Source: an uncultured Candidatus Saccharibacteria bacterium (GTDB lineage: Bacteria; Patescibacteriota; Minisyncoccia; Minisyncoccales; JANBVM01). Taken from it: DNA of 64,000 nt. Shown here one piece after another: positions 45,704 through 53,874 of the stretch. The notes beneath the pieces are model-generated. The model ran no database searches. It was not told where the DNA came from and saw only the letters and a program-made list of their open reading frames with translations. Position 1 is the first letter of the stretch; each line of letters starts with the position of its first letter. Made by a program: the position numbers and the translations under genes. Location: positions 45,335 to 109,334 of the forward strand of contig CAZBMQ010000002.1 in the NCBI GenBank assembly GCA_964493485.1. Direction: 5' to 3'.

Positions 45704-47023
45704 TTATTTTTTAAATTTTCTTAAGATTTCCTTTGCTTTTTTAAAAGAAATATTTCTTTCTCTAACCATCTGGTCTGCTATTTTTTCAATCATCTTACCT
45801 TTTGCACCAACCTCCATTGCAATATTTTTAGCCCGAATTTTAAGATGTCCTTTAAATATCCCTTCTGAAACCAAAGCTCTTAAAGCGCTGAAGTTCTGAA
45901 TCAGTCCTACAGAAGCTATTACCTCAGCCAACTCCTGGCCTGATTTTACTTTTAAAATTTTAAGAGAAATCTTAGCTATTGGATGAATATTTATTACTCC
46001 TCCCACAGTGCCTACCATTATTGGAACAGTCATCTCACCAATTAAATCTCCATTCCTATCCTTTTTCCAAATACTCAAAGGTCTATATCTTCCGGATCTT
46101 GAAGCAAAACCATGAGCTCCAGCTTCCAATGCCCTATAATCATTACCGCAAGCCAATGCTACAGCAGTCATTCCATTCAAAATCCCTTTGTTGTGGGTAA
46201 CTGCCCTATAAATATCCATCTCTGCTATTTTTTGGGCCTTTACAATTCCGTCTATTATTTTCTCGGGGAAAAATCCTTCTTTTTTTAAAACCTTTCTTGT
46301 AATTTTTGTTTTTACTTTTATCAATCTTTTTTCAGCTAAGTTAGAAACTATTTTTAAAAGACTCTTTGCTTTTATAATATTCTTTTCAATAAAGAATGCT
46401 GTTCTTTCAGTAATAAAATCTACTGTATTAGCTCCCATCGCATCTTTTGTGTCTATTAATAAATGAATTCTTATTAAACTGCCTATTTTCGTTTTTTTAA
46501 AAACCTTTATCTCAAAATCTTTTACTCCGCCTCCTAATTTAGTTAATACAGGATTTTGTTTATTGGCAAATTTTAAAATTTTTACCTTATTTTTTAATAT
46601 TTTTTCTCTTACTGCTTCTGCATTTTTTAAATCTACAATATAAATCTGTCCTATCATTAAATTCCCTAAGCTCTTTGCAAAAATCCCTCCGTTTTCCCTT
46701 GTCAATTTCGCTCCATAAGAAGCAGCGGCCACCACAGAAGGCTCTTCAGTAACCATTGGTACAAAATAATCCTTACCATTAATCAAAAAATTAGGAGCAA
46801 CAGAATATGGAAGAGGAAATATCCCTATTACATTCTCAGAAATCTCTTCCAAAGTCTTGGGGCTCAAAATTCCTTTTTTGATAACCTCAATCTCTTTATT
46901 GGTTAAACCAGCAAAATCTTTCAGAATCTTTGTTCTTTCTTTTGCGTTTAATTTAAAAAAACCTGGAATCCTGCTATTTTTTTTCATTAGTTTTAGCTTA
47001 TCTGATTTTTCTGTTAAAATCAA
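45704..47023 (-). CDS. mvaA: Class II hydroxymethylglutaryl-CoA reductase
   Basis: Blocks IPGF..L..ER near the N-terminus, TEEPSVVAAAS, DAMGANTV, and GTVGG. The true start may be Met13 (46987). Confidence 0.85.
   Translation of the reverse strand: MILTEKSDKLKLMKKNSRIPGFFKLNAKERTKILKDFAGLTNKEIEVIKKGILSPKTLEEISENVIGIFPLPYSVAPNFLINGKDYFVPMVTEEPSVVAAASYGAKLTRENGGIFAKSLGNLMIGQIYIVDLKNAEAVREKILKNKVKILKFANKQNPVLTKLGGGVKDFEIKVFKKTKIGSLIRIHLLIDTKDAMGANTVDFITERTAFFIEKNIIKAKSLLKIVSNLAEKRLIKVKTKITRKVLKKEGFFPEKIIDGIVKAQKIAEMDIYRAVTHNKGILNGMTAVALACGNDYRALEAGAHGFASRSGRYRPLSIWKKDRNGDLIGEMTVPIMVGTVGGVINIHPIAKISLKILKVKSGQELAEVIASVGLIQNFSALRALVSEGIFKGHLKIRAKNIAMEVGAKGKMIEKIADQMVRERNISFKKAKEILRKFKK
47012..47020 (+). 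promoter_or_regulatory. Extended -10 promoter for smpB
   Basis: TGtTAAAAT, then 6 nt to the ATG at 47027. Confidence 0.45.
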
Positions 47024-47026
47024 AGA

Positions 47027-47476
47027 ATGAAAGAATTAGCTAAAAACAAAAAAGCTTATTTCAATTACGAAATTTTAGAAAAGTTTGTAGCTGGAATTTC
47101 TCTCACTGGACAAGAAGTGAAATCAATAAAATCAGGTAGAATAAATCTGGCTGGAGCTTATGTGGTAATAAAAGCCGGAGAAGTCTTTTTAATTGGGGCT
47201 AATGTCCCTCCTTATCAGCCTAAAAATGCCCCTAAAGATTATAATCCTGAAAGATCAAGAAAACTTTTACTTAAGAAGTCCGAAATTAAATATTTAATAG
47301 GAAAAACCAAACAAAAAGGTTTGACAATTGTGCCATTAAAGGTATATAATATAAAAGGAAAAGTAAAGATAGAATTTGCAATAGCTAAAGGAAGAAGAAA
47401 ACCTGATAAAAGAGAGAAGATAAAGAAAAGAGAAACTGAAAGAGAAATAAGAAGAATTTTAAGAGGTAAATCTTAA
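47027..47476 (+). CDS. smpB: SsrA-binding protein SmpB
   Basis: SmpB blocks NKKAYFNYEI, GQEVKSIK, and a basic C-terminal tail. Adjacent to the tmRNA. Confidence 0.95.
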   Translation: MKELAKNKKAYFNYEILEKFVAGISLTGQEVKSIKSGRINLAGAYVVIKAGEVFLIGANVPPYQPKNAPKDYNPERSRKLLLKKSEIKYLIGKTKQKGLTIVPLKVYNIKGKVKIEFAIAKGRRKPDKREKIKKRETEREIRRILRGKS

Positions 47477-47516
47477 TATTAAATGTTTAAGATTCAGAGC
47501 TTCCTATATAAATGGT

Positions 47517-47859
47517 GGGGATGGAAAGCTTTGACAGAAACCTAACCAAGATATGCAAGCCGAGTATTCTCTAATCTCGTAAAACTTAGAGAAAAAAATA
47601 AGTGCCAACTTATTCAGGCAACCTGCATTAGCATACGCCTAATGCCATCTATTTTGCTGATTCTCGATAGGTAAAATAGGTGTCATACAATCGAGATAGA
47701 TGCTTTATCTTGGTCTAAATAAAGCATTGAAATAACAGACCAAAAATAGAAAGGTTTTTGCCTAATTTTATACTTTCTGTTATCTTCTAAATTAGGATAA
47801 GCTCGTAGAAGTATCTTGGAAAGGATTTCTGGACAAGGGGGCAGAACCCTTCATCTCCA
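47517..47859 (+). ncRNA. ssrA: tmRNA (ssrA), tag ANLFRQPALAYA, no encoded CCA
   Basis: The 5' end GGGGATGGAAAGCTTTGACAG...GCAAGCCGAG parallels E. coli GGGGCUGAUUCUGGAUUCGACGGG...GCAUGCCGAGG. The acceptor GGGGATG/CATCTCC carries the G3:U70 pair. AAAAATAAGT-GCC AAC... is the resume context, and the tag ORF at 47604..47642 ends ...GCA TAC GCC TAA. The 3' end reads GGATTTCTGGAC-AAGGG-GGCAGAA-CCCTT-CATCTCC-A. Confidence 0.9.
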
Positions 47860-47882
47860 CAAATCCTTCGTTAAAATAAACC

Positions 47883-48422
47883 TTGATAAAAAAACCACTA
47901 ATCAACAATAGAATAAGGGCTTCAAAAGTAAGATTGATTGATGATACTGGAAAACAAGTAGGTATTGTTCCCTTGGAAGAAGCGCTCCGAATAGCTAGGG
48001 AGCGTAATTTAGATTTAATTCAAGTAACTGACAAGGTTGATCCTCCTGTGTGCAAGATATTAGATTATGGAAAATACCTTTACCAACTTCAGAAAAAAGA
48101 AAAAAAAGCTAAAAAAAGCAGCGAGATTAAAGGTGTAAGATTAAGATTTAACATATCTCCTCACGATTTAGAAACCAAAATGCATCAGGCTGAAAAATTT
48201 TTAAGCCAAGGAGATAAAGTAAAAATAGAAATGATTTTAAGAGGAAGAGAGAAAAGACTGGCAGGGTTTGCTAAAGAAAAATTAAATAATTTCATAAAAG
48301 AATTAGAGGAAAAAGTTCCAATCAAAATAGAAGGAGGACTTAGAAAAAAAGGAAATGGATTTGTTATAATAATTGCGAGCAATCCGCAACATGGAACACA
48401 AAACATAGAGCATAGAGCATAA
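47883..48422 (+). CDS. infC: Translation initiation factor IF-3 (non-AUG start)
   Basis: N-terminus INNRIRASKVRLIDDTGKQVGIV plus the IF3 C-domain. There is no in-frame ATG near the N-terminus, so the start is TTG at 47883 or ATA at 47886. Confidence 0.9.
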   Translation: MIKKPLINNRIRASKVRLIDDTGKQVGIVPLEEALRIARERNLDLIQVTDKVDPPVCKILDYGKYLYQLQKKEKKAKKSSEIKGVRLRFNISPHDLETKMHQAEKFLSQGDKVKIEMILRGREKRLAGFAKEKLNNFIKELEEKVPIKIEGGLRKKGNGFVIIIASNPQHGTQNIEHRA

Positions 48423-48481
48423 AAGAAATTTCTTCATAATCTTTTTATTCTCTGTTCTGTGTTTTTTGTTCTTTTATCTTT

Positions 48482-48670
48482 ATGAAAGTTAGAAAATCAA
48501 TATTAAAAAGATTTAAGATAACAAAAACAGGAAAGGTTCTAAGAAGAAGAACCGGTCTTGATCATTTCTTAGCTAAAAAATCAGCAAAAAGAAAAAGAAA
48601 AAAGAAAAAAATGGTTGAAGTCTCAAAAACAGAGGCAAAAAAAATAAAAAAATTATTAGCTAGACCTTAA
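48482..48670 (+). CDS. rpmI: 50S ribosomal protein L35
   Basis: 62-aa basic protein MKVRKSILKRFKITKTGKVLRRRTG, in the infC-rpmI-rplT order. Confidence 0.9.
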   Translation: MKVRKSILKRFKITKTGKVLRRRTGLDHFLAKKSAKRKRKKKKMVEVSKTEAKKIKKLLARP

Positions 48671-48677
48671 TATTAAT

Positions 48678-49025
48678 ATGGTAAGAGTAAAACGCGGCAA
48701 AGCCGCTCATAAAAAAAGAAAGCGTGTCTTGAAGCAAACCAAGGGATTTATGTGGGGAAGGAAGTCAAAATACAGACTGGCAAAAGATGCCTTATTTCAC
48801 GCTTGGACTCATGCATATAGAGATAGAAAAAGAAAAAAAAGAACATTTAGAGCTCTGTGGCAAACACAAATTAATGCAGCTTGCAGAGAAAAAGGTATTT
48901 CCTATAACAAATTTATCCACGGATTGAAAGAAAATAAGATTGAAATAAATAGAAAGGTATTGGCTGAGTTAGCTCAAAAGCATCCAGAAATTTTTGAAAA
49001 GATTTTAGAAAAAGTCAAAGCTTAA
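48678..49025 (+). CDS. rplT: 50S ribosomal protein L20
   Basis: MVRVKRGKAAHKKRKRVLKQTKGF...YRDRKRKKRTFRALW. Confidence 0.95.
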   Translation: MVRVKRGKAAHKKRKRVLKQTKGFMWGRKSKYRLAKDALFHAWTHAYRDRKRKKRTFRALWQTQINAACREKGISYNKFIHGLKENKIEINRKVLAELAQKHPEIFEKILEKVKA

Positions 49026-49050
49026 ATCCCTATCAAAAAAACTATTTTAA

Positions 49051-49078
49051 AAAACCTGCATTCTGCAGGTTTTTTATT
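49051..49078. terminator. Bidirectional rho-independent terminator (end of infC-rpmI-rplT; convergent with the NUDIX gene)
   Basis: AAAACCTGCA-ttc-TGCAGGTTTTTTATT. Confidence 0.7.
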
Positions 49079-49098
49079 AATCTTTAGCAAGAATGAAA

Positions 49099-49521
49099 TC
49101 ACACTTTATGATCTCGTAGGAATTGTTCGGCTTTTTTTAATACATTTCTTGCATTCTGAAAAGTTAATCTTTCCAAGGCTTTTTCAAAATTCAACCATTC
49201 AAAATCTGTATGTTCCCAAGATATCTTTACGGTTTTTGTTTTGGTCTCAGCTAAAAAAAACACAACTGTTTTAAAAATATTTTTGCCGTCTCTTTTATAG
49301 AAATACTTTATTGTCTCTTTAAAACCCTCAATAAACCTAATGTCTTTAATCCCTGTTTCTTCTTCAATTTCTCTTACAACTGTTTCTTCCAATTTTTCTC
49401 CTTTTTCAATATTTCCCTTTGGAAAAGCCCAGTGTCCAGCCTGATGATGTAATAAAAGATAATAATAGATATTATCTTCTTTTCTAAAAACCACAGCTCC
49501 GGCTGATCTTTCTAAGGGCAT
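49099..49521 (-). CDS. NUDIX hydrolase
   Basis: Nudix box GNIEKGEKLEETVVREIEEETGI. Confidence 0.85.
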   Translation of the reverse strand: MPLERSAGAVVFRKEDNIYYYLLLHHQAGHWAFPKGNIEKGEKLEETVVREIEEETGIKDIRFIEGFKETIKYFYKRDGKNIFKTVVFFLAETKTKTVKISWEHTDFEWLNFEKALERLTFQNARNVLKKAEQFLRDHKV

Positions 49522-49522
49522 A

Positions 49523-51247
49523 TTATTTAAAATATCTTAAGAGTTTGGATAATGGTTGAGTATTGATAATGTCCTTTTTCTCTGCCCAGCCTCGACGCGC
49601 CTGAGCCACTCCCAGTTCCATATATCTCATCTGATCTTTATGATGAGAATCTGTATTGATTATCATTTTCACTCCTTCTTCTTTACATCTTCTAATATTC
49701 TGGTCTCCCAAATCTAATCTCATTGGTGTGGAATTGATTTCTAAAATAACTCCAAACTCCTTTGCCGCTCTCAAAATCTTGTCAAAATCAATCTCATATT
49801 CTTCTCTTTTCTTAAGAAGTCTTCCTGTGGGGTGAGAAATGATGTCTATATGAGGATTTTTCATAGCCCTTATCATCCTTTCTGTCATTTCTTGTTTAGA
49901 CATTCTAAAATTCGAGTGAATTCCAGCAATAGCATAATCTAATTTTTTCAAAGCCTCATCTGTTATATCAATTGACCCATCTTTTAAAATATTGGTTTCT
50001 GCTCCCTGTAATATTTTAAATTTTAGATTCTTTGACTTAAATTCTGTATTTAGTTTTTCAATTTCCTTTCTCTGTTGGGATAGTTGTTTTTCATCCAAAC
50101 CATTTTCAATTCTTAAAAATTTTGTATGGTCTGCGATTCCTAAATATTCATAACCCATCTCTAATGCTTTTTGGGCCATTTCTAAAATTGAATGCTCTCC
50201 TCCGTTCCAACTCGAATGACAATGTAAATCACCCTTAATGTCTTCCTGCTTTATTAATTTAGGGAGACATCCTTTAAGAGCTGCTTCAATCTCTCCTTGG
50301 TTTTCACGTATTTCTGGAGGAATCCAGGACATACCTAATTTTTCATAAATTTCTTTCTCTGTCCTCCCTGCAATCATTCTATTTCCTTTGAATAATCCGT
50401 ATTCATTTAGTTTAAATCCTTTAGAAATAGCTATCTTTCTTGTAGCAATATTGTGCTCTTTCGAACCTGTGAAATATTGAAGAGCAGCACCGTAACTCTT
50501 TTTTGGTATTACCCTTACATCGACATCAAAACCTTCTTTTAATCTAATAGAAGATTTTGTAGGACCCTTTCCCCAAACCTTGACAACACCTGGGAGAGAA
50601 ACAAAAAAATCCATTACTTTTTCGGGTTTTTCTGAAATTATTAAAAAATCTACATCTCCAATAGTTTCTTTCCTTCTCCTTAAAGACCCAACCATATCAA
50701 TTGCTTCTATTTCTTTTAAGCTCTTTAATCTTTCATATATTTCTCTTGCTATTGGCAGAATTTCTCCTAATAAAAATCTGCCTTTGCTTTTTTTCAAAAA
50801 CTCAATTCCCTGCAGAATATTCTTTTCTGTCTTCTCTCCAAAACCAAATAAAGGAGCTATCTTATGGGCTTTTGCTGCTTTTTCTAAATCCTTTAAATTC
50901 TTTATCCCTAATTTCTGATACAACACCTTTATTCTCTTAGGGCCCATTCCTTCGATAGCAGTAAGTTCCTCTATATCAACCGGCGCTTTTTTCTTCAGAT
51001 CTTCGTAATATTTTATCTTTCCCTTTTTTAGATACTCTTCTATTTTTGAAGCAATACCTTTCCCTACTCCTGGAATTTTCTTTAATCCTTCTACCCCTTC
51101 TTTTTTATAAATTTCTTCTACATCCCTTTCTAAATTCTCCAACACCATGGCTACCTTTTGATAAGCATAGGGTTTAAAAGGAACGCCTTCCATTTCAAGG
51201 TACTCTGATATTGCATAAAAGATTTTAGCAATTTCTAAATTCTTCAT
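49523..51247 (-). CDS. polX: Family X DNA polymerase with C-terminal PHP domain
   Basis: N-terminal HhH motifs (IPGVGKGIASKI, IEGMGPKR), the nucleotidyltransferase block GSLRRRKETIGDVDFLI, and PHP DLHCHSSW...DSHH. Confidence 0.9.
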   Translation of the reverse strand: MKNLEIAKIFYAISEYLEMEGVPFKPYAYQKVAMVLENLERDVEEIYKKEGVEGLKKIPGVGKGIASKIEEYLKKGKIKYYEDLKKKAPVDIEELTAIEGMGPKRIKVLYQKLGIKNLKDLEKAAKAHKIAPLFGFGEKTEKNILQGIEFLKKSKGRFLLGEILPIAREIYERLKSLKEIEAIDMVGSLRRRKETIGDVDFLIISEKPEKVMDFFVSLPGVVKVWGKGPTKSSIRLKEGFDVDVRVIPKKSYGAALQYFTGSKEHNIATRKIAISKGFKLNEYGLFKGNRMIAGRTEKEIYEKLGMSWIPPEIRENQGEIEAALKGCLPKLIKQEDIKGDLHCHSSWNGGEHSILEMAQKALEMGYEYLGIADHTKFLRIENGLDEKQLSQQRKEIEKLNTEFKSKNLKFKILQGAETNILKDGSIDITDEALKKLDYAIAGIHSNFRMSKQEMTERMIRAMKNPHIDIISHPTGRLLKKREEYEIDFDKILRAAKEFGVILEINSTPMRLDLGDQNIRRCKEEGVKMIINTDSHHKDQMRYMELGVAQARRGWAEKKDIINTQPLSKLLRYFK

Positions 51248-51250
51248 ATC

Positions 51251-51886
51251 TTAGAATGGAGAAAAGTAAGGAAAAAATGGAAAAGCATGGTCTTTTGGAA
51301 TAATGTCTTGACGAATTAATAAAAGAAGAAGGCTGGATATTATGGTTAAAATTCCTACTAAAATAAATACAATTTGAAAACCAAAAAATCCCACCAATAA
51401 ACCACCAACAGCACCTGCAAGTCCTATGCCAAAACCCAAAGAAGTGCTTCTCATGCTCCACTCAAAAGCCTCTTTTCCCTTATCGATATGCCGTGTAAAA
51501 ATAGCTGACCAAGAAGGAATCACCATCGCCATGCCAAAAGCGTGCAAAACATGAAAAGCATAAATATGCCAAGGTTTAGATGATATAAGAAAACCAAAAG
51601 GCACGAAAGCTGTTAAAAATATACCTATTGTCATAAACCAAAAATCATCTTTCTCTCCGTGATTTTTATCTAAATATCTGCCTATTGGAATTTGCAAAAT
51701 AGATTTAACAATCCAATAGATCAAGGAGGCAAAACCAGCAACTTTTGCTCCCACAATAGGATCGCCAATAGTAATTTTCTGAACAATAAATATAGCAAAA
51801 ATAGGCGCCAATAAACCCCATCCACTATTTAAAACAAAATCACTGTATATTAAAAACCTGATAACTTTATTAATGGATTTCAACAT
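51251..51886 (-). CDS. Six-TM MFS-like (half-size) membrane protein
   Basis: About 6 hydrophobic segments and an MFS-like loop GRYLDKNHGEK after TM2. Only 211 aa. Confidence 0.6.
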   Translation of the reverse strand: MLKSINKVIRFLIYSDFVLNSGWGLLAPIFAIFIVQKITIGDPIVGAKVAGFASLIYWIVKSILQIPIGRYLDKNHGEKDDFWFMTIGIFLTAFVPFGFLISSKPWHIYAFHVLHAFGMAMVIPSWSAIFTRHIDKGKEAFEWSMRSTSLGFGIGLAGAVGGLLVGFFGFQIVFILVGILTIISSLLLLLIRQDIIPKDHAFPFFPYFSPF

Positions 51887-51890
51887 TTAT

Positions 51891-52295
51891 TCAGGCATTA
51901 ATTATTTTTACTAATATTTCTCTTTCTCTCGGCCGATTATCAAAATCAATAAATACTATTTGCTGCCAAGTACCTATAACAATTCTCCCTTGTTCAATTG
52001 GGACACTTAAAAATGGTTTAATTAAAGACGAACGTACATGGGCATAACCATTACAATCTCCCCATCTCTTGCAATGTTCATAGTCCTTTGTCATAGGAAC
52101 TATCTTATCTAATATTTTTTTAAAATCCTCAATCAGTCCTGGTTCATATTCCATAGTGGTAATACCGCAGGTAGAGCCAGGGCAAGAAATTAAACAGATT
52201 CCGTCTTTAACTCCGGCCTTTTCAACAATCTCAGAAACTTTATTTGTGATATCAATAATATCATTAAATCCTCTTGTTGTGATTGAAAATCTCAT
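51891..52295 (-). CDS. YjbQ/UPF0047 family protein
   Basis: C-terminal block NGYAHVRSSL...P...GRIVIGTWQQIVFIDFD.RPRER, typical of UPF0047. Confidence 0.8.
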   Translation of the reverse strand: MRFSITTRGFNDIIDITNKVSEIVEKAGVKDGICLISCPGSTCGITTMEYEPGLIEDFKKILDKIVPMTKDYEHCKRWGDCNGYAHVRSSLIKPFLSVPIEQGRIVIGTWQQIVFIDFDNRPREREILVKIINA

Positions 52296-52372
52296 ATTTA
52301 TTAATTATAGCTTAAATAAAAATAAATAAAAAAACCTCTTTAAAAGGTGTCTGTTTACATTAGTAAAACAAA

Positions 52373-53080
52373 TTATTTTAAATCATCCCAAGTGGCAGAG
52401 AGATAAAATACTATCGGAGCTAACATCATTCCAATCCTCACAAGAAGAATCAACCAACCCGTGAAAATACCCAAAGAATCAATAACCCCTGTAATTGCAT
52501 AAATAAAAAATCCAACACTAAAACCAAACAGTTGTCTATCTAAGGGACTATCTGTTTTTCTCCATTTCTTAAAGGTACTAATAAAGTTTGCGATGATACA
52601 AATAAAAGCTGGGAGAAAAACTGTAAAGATGAAAAGTTTGTTGGCTTTTTCATTTGGATTATGGTGGCTACCCCAATAAGTAAGTTCTCCCTCGACAATC
52701 CCATATTTTAAAAATGCAAAAACAGTTAAAAAAATTGTGAATGTAAAAAAGACATTAAACAAAAGGTGAATTTTTTTTCTATTTCTAAAGAAGCTCCAAC
52801 CAAAATAATAAAAAGCTGGAAGTAAATGAATGTAATTAAAAGGGCCACTAATCCACCTGAAAAGAAAGATATTGATATAATGAAGATTGAACAAAGTAAA
52901 GGTCTTTCTCAAACCAATAATCCCCCAAAGAATTCCTAAAAACAAAGAAAAATAATCAAGATGTTCTGTATATTCTACTTTCTTTTCTTTTCTTATCTTC
53001 CTTAGATTAAAAAATACTACTATGCTGGTAAAGCTAATGAAAAAACATAAAAAGACATTATATAAAACACCTGTATACAT
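52373..53080 (-). CDS. Seven-TM membrane protein, paralog A (235 aa)
   Basis: About 7 hydrophobic segments by eye. Shares the blocks DYFSL.LG.LW, H L.P.FYY.GWSFF, TYWG and RQLF.F..G..Y.I.GV.D with the next gene. Confidence 0.65.
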   Translation of the reverse strand: MYTGVLYNVFLCFFISFTSIVVFFNLRKIRKEKKVEYTEHLDYFSLFLGILWGIIGLRKTFTLFNLHYINIFLFRWISGPFNYIHLLPAFYYFGWSFFRNRKKIHLLFNVFFTFTIFLTVFAFLKYGIVEGELTYWGSHHNPNEKANKLFIFTVFLPAFICIIANFISTFKKWRKTDSPLDRQLFGFSVGFFIYAITGVIDSLGIFTGWLILLVRIGMMLAPIVFYLSATWDDLK

Positions 53081-53116
53081 ATTGTTGAATAAAAATAAAT
53101 TTAATTAATTATTATA

Positions 53117-53824
53117 TCAATCTTCTGTTTCAAATACAGCAGCTAAATAAAAAATAAGAGGGGTTATCATCATTCCACTTCTGGTAAGAAGAACTGTCCA
53201 ATTTTGAGCAGCACCCATTACATCAAAAACCCCTATTATGGAATATAACAGAAGTCCGAGGGTAAAAAGAAATAATTGTCTCTCAGCAATATCATTGGTT
53301 TTTTTCCATCTACTAAGTCGCCTAATAAAATCAATAATAAGACAGGGGAAAAGAGGAATAAAAACCCCAAAAACAAAAATCTTATTACTCAAACTATTCG
53401 GCACCATGTTATTTCCCCAATATGTAGGTTCTGGTCGAGAAAATCCATACCTCAAAAGCGTAAAAACTGCTGTTAATGCAACTATTGTAAAAAAACTATT
53501 AAATAAAAATCTTATTCTTTTGTTGTCTTTGAAAAAACTCCATCCCAAATAAAAGAAACCCGGAATTAAATGAAGATAACCAAGAGGACCTGCTAATAAT
53601 TTATAGGTTAAAATCTCAAATTCTATATTGCCAAGCCATAAAAACAAAATCCTTATTCCCACAGAAACCCACAACAAACCTAACATCAAAGAAAAATAAT
53701 CAACACCTTCACTGTATTTTATTCTTCTTTCTTCTCTTATCTTACGAAGCAGTCTAAATACTATAAGCCCTGTAACCCCTGAAACAAAACATACAAATGC
53801 GTGGTATAAAATACCTACAGACAT
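53117..53824 (-). CDS. Seven-TM membrane protein, paralog B (235 aa)
   Basis: Same length and collinear conserved blocks as 52373..53080. Confidence 0.65.
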   Translation of the reverse strand: MSVGILYHAFVCFVSGVTGLIVFRLLRKIREERRIKYSEGVDYFSLMLGLLWVSVGIRILFLWLGNIEFEILTYKLLAGPLGYLHLIPGFFYLGWSFFKDNKRIRFLFNSFFTIVALTAVFTLLRYGFSRPEPTYWGNNMVPNSLSNKIFVFGVFIPLFPCLIIDFIRRLSRWKKTNDIAERQLFLFTLGLLLYSIIGVFDVMGAAQNWTVLLTRSGMMITPLIFYLAAVFETED

Positions 53825-53874
53825 ATTATTATAATTATATATATTTTACCATTTTGAAAAATAATTTTATCAGT

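Noticed and set aside
51225-51461. 78-aa minus-strand ORF overlapping the polX start and the MFS-like gene.
   Set aside because: It is an alternative frame of the better-supported 211-aa membrane protein, and its Cys/Trp-rich composition is odd.
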